A DNA stretch of 15,269 nucleotides from Chthonomonadales bacterium (GTDB lineage: Bacteria; Armatimonadota; Chthonomonadetes; Chthonomonadales; Chthonomonadaceae): contig JBBQPO010000148.1 in assembly GCA_038217285.1 (NCBI GenBank), positions 1 through 15,269 of the forward strand. Reading direction: 5' to 3'. A program made the translations under genes and the position numbers. The first letter of the stretch is position 1, and the number at the start of each line of letters is the position of its first letter. The notes under the pieces are model-generated. The model made no database searches. It had not been told where the DNA came from and saw only the letters and a program-made list of their open reading frames with translations. Positions 1-7,406 of this stretch are shown in pieces.

Positions 1-1028
1 AACACCCAGTAGAGGAAGACGATAAAGATCGCGGTGCCGAACCCGACGGTTTTGCCGCCGCCGCGCGAGGTGTTACAACCGAGCGCGGCCCCGACGATCC
101 CGAAGATAAAACTCGCGAACGGCAGCGAGATCTTGCCGTAGAGATCGACTTCCCGCCCGCGCACATCTTCACCCGATTTGCGGGCGGCCTGAATCTCCGC
201 TTTCAGGTCGCGGAAACTCTTGCGGTTGGGATCGGTGACATCGGATTTCAGCACCTCTTCGAACGACTTGCCGACGGAAGCGCCATACGGCAGCAGTTTC
301 AGCGTTTCGAACGTGACCGTCATACCGTCCTCGATGCGCCCGGTCTTGGGGTCGGGAACGAAGGGCGTAAAGTAGCCGCGTTCGTAGGTGGCGTTCTCGC
401 CCCGTTCGTCCAAAAAACGGACCTGATCGCAGTAGATGTTAACGAGAGGCTGCCCGCGCCGTTCCGGCCGGGTGTCGAACTTGAGAATGTTGACCCGGCG
501 GAAGAGGTGCGCTTTGGCGTCGTATCCCCCGTTGACCGTGACCAACTCCTCGACGCCCTTGTTGTCCTTGCTGTCGATAATACGGGAGAGAGCCTTCTCT
601 TCTTTCCCGATATGTTTGAACGTCTCGATTTTCAGATCCCAGAAGGCGGTGCTGGCTGCCGGAACGACGATGTCGTTCCACCCATAGGCCACGATACTCA
701 CCAGCGCCCCCATAACCAGCACGATTCGCGCCGCTCGCGGAAACGACACCCCAGCGGCAAAGACAGCCACGATCTCGCGGTCCGCCGATAGCCGTCCGAA
801 CCCCAGGAGCCCGGCCAGCAACATCGCCATCGGTAGTACCTGCGTTACCAGCCCTGGAATGCTGAACATCACCAGCTTTAGCACGGTGATACCGGGAATG
901 CCCTGCACAAGCCACTCCGTCGCCTGGAAGAGGGAGCCTGCGGCGAAGACCAGCATCATGAACATCAGGAAGCCGTTGATGAACGGGCCGATGAGATCCT
1001 TGAGAATCAGTCTATCCAGCAGCCGCAT
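1..1028 (-). CDS. LptF/LptG (YjgP/YjgQ) family LPS export permease, 3' end truncated by window edge
   Basis: Not in the ORF track because it has no stop inside the window. Manual translation from ATG at 1028 is open to base 1: MRLLDRLILKDLIGPFINGFLMFMMLVFAAGSLFQ...LPMAMLLAGLLGFGRLSADREIVAVFAAGVSFPR...WNDIVVP...YGKISLPFASFIFGIVGAALG. These match the LptF/G N-terminus, coupling helix and post-jellyroll TM segment. Overlaps the lptB stop by 17 nt. LptF versus LptG cannot be decided. Confidence 0.92.
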   Translation of the reverse strand, partial: MRLLDRLILKDLIGPFINGFLMFMMLVFAAGSLFQATEWLVQGIPGITVLKLVMFSIPGLVTQVLPMAMLLAGLLGFGRLSADREIVAVFAAGVSFPRAARIVLVMGALVSIVAYGWNDIVVPAASTAFWDLKIETFKHIGKEEKALSRIIDSKDNKGVEELVTVNGGYDAKAHLFRRVNILKFDTRPERRGQPLVNIYCDQVRFLDERGENATYERGYFTPFVPDPKTGRIEDGMTVTFETLKLLPYGASVGKSFEEVLKSDVTDPNRKSFRDLKAEIQAARKSGEDVRGREVDLYGKISLPFASFIFGIVGAALGCNTSRGGGKTVGFGTAIFIVFLYWV

Positions 1029-1887
1029 TGTCGTCCTCGTCTGACTTTCGGGGCTCCTCGGAGTCGGGTTTCTGTCGCTGCTCCAGGTCGTCCAGTTCGG
1101 AATCGTAGGCGTGGCTCATTCGGCGCAGCTCTTCTTCGGCGGCGAGGCGGGCCATGTCGCGGTGAAGGCCGTAGGACTGCCCAAAATAGGCTTCCTGTGC
1201 GACAGGGTCGTTGAGTAGATCGGTCGCCAGTCCCTCGTAACGTTTCTGGCCGTCCGCAATTAGATAGACGCGCTCCATGATCCGAAGCATCGCCTCCACA
1301 TTGTGGTCGGTGATTAGAATGCCGATCTTCTCTTCCGACTTGGTCAACTGCTGAATGATCTTCTCGATATCCTCGATAGCCTTGGGATCGACGCCGGTAA
1401 AGGGTTCGTCCAGCAGAATGAATTTTGGCTTGGATGCCAGAGCGCGAGCAATCTCGACACGGCGTCGCTCTCCCCCGGAAAGGGTCTTGCCAAGGCTATG
1501 ACGCCGGCCCGTGATGTGCAGTTCTTCCATTAACTGATCGGCGCGCTCTTTGCGCTCTTTCTTCGTCAGCTTCTGCAGTTCCAGCACGAGGTGCAGATTC
1601 TCTTCTACCGTCAGGTTGCGAAACACCGACGCTTCTTGCGGCAGGTAGGCGATCCCGTTGCGCGCGCGACGATACATCGGCTGGCGCGTCACATCCTGCC
1701 CGTCGAGAAGCACCTGACCGCGATTTGGCTTGACGAGACCGACGATCATATAAAAGGTCGTAGTCTTGCCCGCGCCGTTCGGTCCCAGAAGGCCGACGAT
1801 CTCGCCTTGTTTGATATTGATGCTGATCCCATCGACGACCTTGCGCCCACGGTACTCTTTCACCAGATCTGTGGTACTGATTTCCAA
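1012..1887 (-). CDS. lptB: LPS export ABC transporter ATP-binding protein LptB, with C-terminal extension
   Basis: Walker A GPNGAGKTT followed by FYMIVGL, Q-loop YLPQEASVFR, signature LSGGERRRVEIARAL, Walker B ILLDEPFTGVDP, switch ITDHNV. Lies between LptA-like and LptF/G genes. TTG start. Confidence 0.95.
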   Translation of the reverse strand: MEISTTDLVKEYRGRKVVDGISINIKQGEIVGLLGPNGAGKTTTFYMIVGLVKPNRGQVLLDGQDVTRQPMYRRARNGIAYLPQEASVFRNLTVEENLHLVLELQKLTKKERKERADQLMEELHITGRRHSLGKTLSGGERRRVEIARALASKPKFILLDEPFTGVDPKAIEDIEKIIQQLTKSEEKIGILITDHNVEAMLRIMERVYLIADGQKRYEGLATDLLNDPVAQEAYFGQSYGLHRDMARLAAEEELRRMSHAYDSELDDLEQRQKPDSEEPRKSDEDDNAAAG

Positions 1888-1926
1888 ATGGTTCTATTCT
1901 CTTTATTGCCGAGGCTGCCCCAGTCC

Positions 1927-3183
1927 CTACTTCGGTTTGGGGGGCTTTACGGGCCTGGGTTTGGGCTTTTCGAGCGGTTTCGGCACGATATGGAATTTCT
2001 GGGTATGGTTCGGGTCTTCCAGGTCATAAGAGAGGCTGTCACCGGATTTTTTCACACTCAGGACGGAACTCACCTCGGCCGTCAGCAGCATCGGCTCATC
2101 CAGGTGCTGCGGGTCGGTAAAATTGATTTTGAACGGGCCATGCACTATCAACTCCTGTCCGGCCTCACTGCGCACATAGGAGGCCTGCGGAGCGGTTCCG
2201 TCCGCCATCGTCTTCGCCTTTTTATCGGCGGAAGGTTGCGTAATATGGAACCGAACGTTCTGCGACACGGTCGCTCGCTGAAGATCGGACGTGTCGGGCA
2301 CGAACTCGCCTTCGAATTGCTCGCCCTGCAAGCGCCACGAGGTCAGGTCGTCCGGACTGCCGAACTCGCATGTCGTCGCAGCGCCTTGCAGGTGGATCGC
2401 CTTCCCGAACTGAAGGTCCCCGGATCGGAAGCCGGAGATATGGATCGTCCCGACCGGAGTCGCGGGTGTAGGCTTCGCCCCTACTTTGACGGCGGTAGTC
2501 TGCAGCGGTGTAAACTGAATATCGTTATTGGCAGCAGCGCCTTCCAGGGTGTACTGGAACGGCTTATTTGCCATTTCGACTGTCAGTGTGCCGGTGCGAA
2601 GGGTCGCCGGACCGCTGAATCGCGCCTTATCAGTCACGTCGGCATGCACTCCGCCTGTGAACTCCATATGGTGTGTCACCCGCCGCACTTCCGCATGACC
2701 GGCAGTGCCCTCCAGGACCCGCTCGCCCTCATCGGACTGCTGTACGAGGCGATAACGAATATGGCCGCTCAGAACAATCAGGCCGAGTTCGCTTTTGCCG
2801 ACCCTGGAGGCCTGAATATCATCGGCATGGACGCGCAGCACCGACTTGCTAGCCTTGTCTGGCACTTCCACCTCGGTGTTCGGGCCGCTCCAGCGCAAAG
2901 CGCCGGTTCCAAGCACACCGCCCGATCGACTGGCGCCGGTGATGGTCAGATCTCCTACCTGAAGCTTAGGGATCTCCGTCGGCGGAGGCGGCGCTGCCGT
3001 CCGTTTACCAGAGAAGACAGCAATCTGTTTTAGGCCGACATTCTGCTTCGCAGCAGGCTGGGGCCTCTTCTGCTGTCTGGCGTTGGCGTGGATGGCTTCA
3101 CTACAACACAGAATAGTGGCACCGATCAGCAGCAGACGGCCGGACGGCAAGCGGAAATCGTTCATGGCCTTTGCCTTTCTCAC
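1927..3183 (-). CDS. Exported LptA/OstA-like beta-jellyroll protein with two tandem repeats
   Basis: N-terminal signal-like segment (RLLLIGATILCCSEAIHANA), beta-strand-rich body with OstA-like patterns (IVLSGHIRY, GTAGHAEV, MEFTGGVHA), and position between LptC-like gene and lptB. GTG at 3183 overlaps the upstream TGA (GTGA); ATG at 3165 is an alternative start. The family call depends partly on synteny. Confidence 0.7.
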   Translation of the reverse strand: MRKAKAMNDFRLPSGRLLLIGATILCCSEAIHANARQQKRPQPAAKQNVGLKQIAVFSGKRTAAPPPPTEIPKLQVGDLTITGASRSGGVLGTGALRWSGPNTEVEVPDKASKSVLRVHADDIQASRVGKSELGLIVLSGHIRYRLVQQSDEGERVLEGTAGHAEVRRVTHHMEFTGGVHADVTDKARFSGPATLRTGTLTVEMANKPFQYTLEGAAANNDIQFTPLQTTAVKVGAKPTPATPVGTIHISGFRSGDLQFGKAIHLQGAATTCEFGSPDDLTSWRLQGEQFEGEFVPDTSDLQRATVSQNVRFHITQPSADKKAKTMADGTAPQASYVRSEAGQELIVHGPFKINFTDPQHLDEPMLLTAEVSSVLSVKKSGDSLSYDLEDPNHTQKFHIVPKPLEKPKPRPVKPPKPK

Positions 3184-3773
3184 AGTGCCTCGACCTCGAT
3201 CTTCTGAAATTTGGTGTCGAACGTGATGCGTCCGCCTGTCTGGGTGATAGGAAGGCCGCCATCACGCGGCCTCTGCATCACCTTCGCGTGTCCGACCGCC
3301 ACCATCTTGGAAGAGCGGGGATCCCAAGTAATTTTATCGGCGGTGACAACGGTATCAGGTGGGTTGGTAAGCGAGGTGACGCGAACGCCTCCGGTGCCGA
3401 TGATAAGATGATCGTCCGAGTTGGCGTCCACCTGCACAGCCTGAATGTCGGCGGCATGGACCCCCTCTTGAAACAGTTTCGCCTGGACGCCGCGCAGGCG
3501 CATTGTATAACTATCGTCCAAATTGTTCATCTCGCCCTCGCGGGCGTCAGCGATCAGGGCCGGGACGGCTCTGCCTTTCGCATCGCGGATCGACCACGGG
3601 ATATGCCAGTTGGTCCCAGTGATCTCCCCCGTCAAATTCTGGTCCGCTTCGGTTCCCATAGTACCCGGCTTTTGCCCGCTTTGAGAAGGGGAAGCGGCAC
3701 GGTGACAACCTGCCGTTCCAAGCAGCAACGTCGTCAATCCCAGCGATACGAGCGTTTGGACTCCCCTGCTCAA
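3180..3773 (-). CDS. lptC: LptC-like LPS export periplasmic protein, predicted lipoprotein
   Basis: 197 aa. Hydrophobic N-terminus ending in LGTAG-C23, a low-complexity linker, then LptC-like strands (IIGTGGVRVTS, VVTADKITWD, ITQTGGRITFD). First gene of the lptC-A-B-F/G order. TTG start with AGGA upstream. Confidence 0.75.
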   Translation of the reverse strand: MSRGVQTLVSLGLTTLLLGTAGCHRAASPSQSGQKPGTMGTEADQNLTGEITGTNWHIPWSIRDAKGRAVPALIADAREGEMNNLDDSYTMRLRGVQAKLFQEGVHAADIQAVQVDANSDDHLIIGTGGVRVTSLTNPPDTVVTADKITWDPRSSKMVAVGHAKVMQRPRDGGLPITQTGGRITFDTKFQKIEVEAL

Positions 3774-3840
3774 TGTTTTGATTCCTGTACTCCTCGCGGT
3801 GCTCCGGGGCGGTCAAATGGTCAACGGATGTTATCTCTCA

Positions 3841-4938
3841 TTACGCGGGTTCCATTTCGCTCCCGGCTTCGCGTAACGTTATTAGATTCTCGGGAGTCGA
3901 GCGTACTGGCAGACCGGCCCCGACAGTGCGGCGCAACTGCCCACAGGCGGCGGAGATGGCGTGACCACGTGTCATACGCTGGGTCGCCACGCGCCCTGCC
4001 TTCTCGAGCTCTTCCCGGAACCGCTGCACACTCTCTCGCTCCGGGCGGCGAAAACCCTGCGGGGTTTCGACATAGTTGAAAGGAATCAGATTGACGTTTC
4101 CCGGGAGACGGCGTGACTTCAGCAGGGAAGCCAGCGCCCGCGCCTGTTCCGGACTGTCATTGATGCCGCCGATCAGCAGGTACTCGAACGTCAGGTCACG
4201 GTGCGTTCTGCGGACATACTCGGCGCACGCGTCCAGGATCTCATCCAGCTTCCATTTGCGGGCGGTCGGGATCAGCGCTTCGCGCGTTTCGTCGTCGGGC
4301 GCATGCAGCGACAGCGCCAGTGTGATCGGCATCTCCTCCTGCGCCAGCGCCCGAATTCCCGGCACGACGCCGACAGTGGATACAGTTAAGTTACGCAGCG
4401 ACAGCCCGACCTCGTTCCCCAGCAGGCGCAGGCTCTTGACGACAGCGTCGTAGTTCCAGAGCGGCTCGCCCATTCCCATATAGACCACGTGGGAGATGCG
4501 CCGTTCACCCTCGGCCTGCATGCGCAAAAACTGCCCCATGATCTCCCCGGCGGTCAGGTTGCGCATCAGTCCGCCCTGTGCGGTGGCGCAGAAGCGGCAT
4601 CCGGCGGCACAGCCGATCTGCGTGGAGAGGCAGACCGAAACACGCTCGGGATAAGGCAGATAGACGCTCTCGATCGCCTGCCCATCGGACTGGCGCAGCA
4701 GATACTTGACGGTTTCGTCTGGCGCAACATCTTTATGGGCCGTTTCCGGCAGACCGACCGTGAAGCTCTGCGCAAGTCGGGTGCGAAATTCGCGCGGCAG
4801 GTCGGTCATGCCCTCGATTTCGGTCGCGCCGCGTTGGTAGATCCAGGTGGCAATCTGCTTGCCACGATAGGCTCGTTCGCCGTTCTCCTGCGCGACGGCT
4901 TCAAGCTCTTTGATTGTCATTCCTACAAAAGGTTGCAT
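3841..4938 (-). CDS. rlmN: 23S rRNA m2A2503 / tRNA radical SAM methyltransferase RlmN
   Basis: CxxxCxxC in STQIGCAAGCRFCAT, MGMGEP, SLHAPDD, FEYLL, VNLIPFN and C-terminal AACGQL. Confidence 0.96.
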   Translation of the reverse strand: MQPFVGMTIKELEAVAQENGERAYRGKQIATWIYQRGATEIEGMTDLPREFRTRLAQSFTVGLPETAHKDVAPDETVKYLLRQSDGQAIESVYLPYPERVSVCLSTQIGCAAGCRFCATAQGGLMRNLTAGEIMGQFLRMQAEGERRISHVVYMGMGEPLWNYDAVVKSLRLLGNEVGLSLRNLTVSTVGVVPGIRALAQEEMPITLALSLHAPDDETREALIPTARKWKLDEILDACAEYVRRTHRDLTFEYLLIGGINDSPEQARALASLLKSRRLPGNVNLIPFNYVETPQGFRRPERESVQRFREELEKAGRVATQRMTRGHAISAACGQLRRTVGAGLPVRSTPENLITLREAGSEMEPA

Positions 4939-4977
4939 CCCGTTTCCCCGCTCACTCTGTCTAACACACGAAAGTCG

Positions 4978-5014
4978 AAAAAGGCCGACGGAGCGTTCTG
5001 CTCAGCGTCGGCCT
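4978..5014 (-). terminator. Probable intrinsic terminator downstream of the flotillin gene
   Basis: 9-bp stem AGGCCGACG (4982-4990) / CGTCGGCCT (5006-5014), inner GAGC/GCTC stem, followed on the minus strand by TTTTT(CGACTTT). Starts 39 nt after the flotillin stop. Confidence 0.7.
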
Positions 5015-5052
5015 CTTATTGTACACCATAACCCGCTCTGAAAGGGGTTACA

Positions 5053-6438
5053 CTACTTGCGTACCTGCGGGCGTGGCGGTATGGGCGGCACGGGCGGCGT
5101 CGCGCTCGTCACCTGGGGGCGGGGAGTTCCCGACTCCGGTTCGATGTTGGCAAGGGCCAGCAGATCGCTGTTATCGCGGCGGACATAGGTCTTGTTGCCG
5201 TTGGTATTGCCGCCGCCGTTGGCGTTGCCGATGACCTGCGCCGCCATGAGAGTCTGGACGACCCGCATCACATCGTCCGAGCCGGACGCGGCGGCGCTGT
5301 GGCCACCTTCGCCCGTCGTTCCGAAGTTGACGAACTGGCCGTTGGCGAGCGCGCCGGCGACTTCGCGGGTGAGGGCCGGGGCCAGCTCCAGTTTGCGGAG
5401 ATCGAGGTAGGCCTGGCCCGATTCCATAAGGGACTGCGCCTTCATTCGGATCGCGTCGGCCTCGGCTTCGGCGATGGCCCGGATACGCGCGGCCTGTGCC
5501 CGCCCTTCCGCCTCCTGTTGAATGACGTTCTGCTCGGCATCGGCGCGGGCCTGCGTGATCTGGTTCGCGGCCAGTTCGGCTTCGCGCTGCTGGCGCACCG
5601 CCGACTGCTTCTCGGCCTCGGCGCGGGCGATGGAGGCGCCGTTGGAGGCGATCTGCATATTCAGGGCTTTCTCTTGGTCGTTGATCTTCTGCGCCGCTTC
5701 CAGTTGCGCGATCCGCGCCCGCTGCTCTTCCTGCGCCTGCACCACATCGGCGCTGGCCTTGGCGCGGGCCGCCGACTCACGGCGTCGGGCCTCGGCCACC
5801 TCGCTCAAGACCGCCTTGATGTTGAGACTGTTGAAGGTCAGTCCCAGATCGAGTAGTTCCCGGGAACAGGCATCTTTGATGATGACCGCCAACTCGTCGT
5901 CGTCGGCCTGCACCGCGATGATTCCGCCCGGCATCGTGGGAAGGGCGAGCGCATTGGCGGAGGCCGCGATCGAGGCCGCAGACCGTGCATTGAACAACTG
6001 CTCATGGCGGAGCAGATTGATTGCGCGCCGTCCCGCAGACGAGAGCACATCCGTCAGCGTGGAGAGTTGGTCCATCGGCGGCTTCGAGAAAAACTTGTTC
6101 GCTGCCGTGTTGACCATCGCATCGTTCTCACCGACGCTGACGATGGCGGAGGCCCGCACCGTCACTTTGACGGGAGCCGGGCGACCGTTCGCATCGACAT
6201 CCGCCGTCTGATCCGTGATCTCGATATCGACATTGATCGCCTGCGCGGGGATCTGACGGGCCTGGGTGATGACCGGAATGATCAGCGCTTTGCAGGGACC
6301 GCGAAAAATCTTTAGGCTGCCGCCGCGGCCTGCCAGCAATATCTGTCCTGCATCCACGCTACGAAGGAAGGTCGTGACGACGACTGCGGTTAGAATAAGG
6401 ACGCCGGCGACCACGCCGACCAGAAGGATCCATGCCAT
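5053..6438 (-). CDS. Flotillin / SPFH (band 7) domain protein
   Basis: Start moved to ATG 6438 (GGGAGA RBS upstream), 461 aa. N-terminal TM helix (WILLVGVVAGVLILTAVVV), SPFH-like region (VKVTVRASAIVSV, AANKFF, ELLDLGLTFNSLNIK), then an Ala/Glu/Gln coiled coil with AEAEA repeats. Preceded by an NfeD-like gene, as usual for this family. Confidence 0.88.
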   Translation of the reverse strand: MAWILLVGVVAGVLILTAVVVTTFLRSVDAGQILLAGRGGSLKIFRGPCKALIIPVITQARQIPAQAINVDIEITDQTADVDANGRPAPVKVTVRASAIVSVGENDAMVNTAANKFFSKPPMDQLSTLTDVLSSAGRRAINLLRHEQLFNARSAASIAASANALALPTMPGGIIAVQADDDELAVIIKDACSRELLDLGLTFNSLNIKAVLSEVAEARRRESAARAKASADVVQAQEEQRARIAQLEAAQKINDQEKALNMQIASNGASIARAEAEKQSAVRQQREAELAANQITQARADAEQNVIQQEAEGRAQAARIRAIAEAEADAIRMKAQSLMESGQAYLDLRKLELAPALTREVAGALANGQFVNFGTTGEGGHSAAASGSDDVMRVVQTLMAAQVIGNANGGGNTNGNKTYVRRDNSDLLALANIEPESGTPRPQVTSATPPVPPIPPRPQVRK

Positions 6439-6523
6439 ATTATGATCTCCCGTTTTCCGACGCGGCCCGCAAGCGCCGCCGCGTCTCACCATCTACACAA
6501 CACAAAACCGGATGACGCCACGT

Positions 6524-7180
6524 CTACATCAGGGTGACGGTCATGCGCTCCCGAGCGGTATCCACCTCTTCGACACGCAGACGGTCCCCGACATGGACCG
6601 GCAGGTGAGCTTGCTCCTCCGGCAGTTGCGCCGAGAACTGTACCATCCGCCCATCCCGCTCCATGGCCACGATCCCCTTGCCGTTTCGGAACGGCGTCAC
6701 CGCCTCGGCCTCACACAGTGTGAGCGCTTCGAGCGGCGAACTGGGCTTGCCCTGCGAGGCGATCAGCGCATTCCACAGTGGGGTCACGGCGAACTTTTCC
6801 AGGAGCGCCGCCGGAACGATTGCCAGAAGCGCCGCGATCGGCAGCGACAGATGCAGACTGCCGTATAGCACATTCCCGAACGCCCCATAGAGCGCGAGTA
6901 GACTGAAGATCATGCGCGGCGATGGCAGCAGTCGGGTCAGGTCGGTCACAGGCGGTCCAGCCTGGGTTCCCGCGCCTTTGCCCACTGCAGTCAGCGCATG
7001 CCCCGGAGCGGCACCCGTCGTGTGGGCGACGCCGTGTCCTGGCCCGATGTGCAGACCGCCATGCCCTGCCGACCCGATACCGTGTGGCGTACCGAAATGC
7101 CCGTGCCGCCCGAATGCCGGGATCGCCATCACGATCAGCCCGGTCAGGCCAGCCACCATCAGTGCAAGAAACACCGACAT
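6524..7180 (-). CDS. NfeD-like (YuaF/YqiJ-type) membrane protein with C-terminal OB-fold and His/Gly-rich loop
   Basis: GGAGG RBS and ATG. About three hydrophobic segments (MSVFLALMVAGLTGLIVMAI; IFSLLALYGAFG; LPIAALLAIVPAALL). C-terminal AEAVTPFRNGKGIV...VHVGDRLRVEEVD resembles the NfeD OB-fold. Directly upstream of flotillin. Confidence 0.75.
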   Translation of the reverse strand: MSVFLALMVAGLTGLIVMAIPAFGRHGHFGTPHGIGSAGHGGLHIGPGHGVAHTTGAAPGHALTAVGKGAGTQAGPPVTDLTRLLPSPRMIFSLLALYGAFGNVLYGSLHLSLPIAALLAIVPAALLEKFAVTPLWNALIASQGKPSSPLEALTLCEAEAVTPFRNGKGIVAMERDGRMVQFSAQLPEEQAHLPVHVGDRLRVEEVDTARERMTVTLM

Positions 7181-7406
7181 ACTGCCTCCACTCTGCTCAT
7201 CAAGGAGCGCGTCTCTTCTAAAGAGACGGACAAAACAGAACGTTGCTACCGAAAAAATACAATCGAGAGACTCTCTTCTTTATTCTACTAGTAAACGGCC
7301 AAATTCGTTCATTCCTGCGTGTTTTGTCACGCGGGCGCAGGAAAATCGCTTGCGAATAGAGTAGAATAGGGCCAATACTCAAATCGAGTTAGGAGATAAA
7401 CGTAAC

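Noticed and set aside
439-915. 158-aa minus-strand ORF suggesting a frameshift in the permease
   Set aside because: The LptF/G frame from 1028 is uninterrupted to the window edge; this ORF is an alternative frame of it.
1591-3033. 480-aa plus-strand ORF, and similar long antisense ORFs (3171-4079, 5522-6211, 10011-11327, 12460-13407, 13465-14301)
   Set aside because: They lie opposite well-supported genes and have no recognisable motifs. Long shadow ORFs are expected in GC-rich coding DNA.
3841-4938. Cfr-type antibiotic resistance methyltransferase
   Set aside because: The core-genome context, lack of adjacent mobile elements and overall motif pattern fit housekeeping RlmN. A phylogeny would settle it.
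6439-6492. Longer flotillin start at 6492, and likewise topA start at 8838
   Set aside because: The RBS position (flotillin) and family-typical N-termini (MAWILL..., MAKSLIIVESP) support 6438 and 8883.
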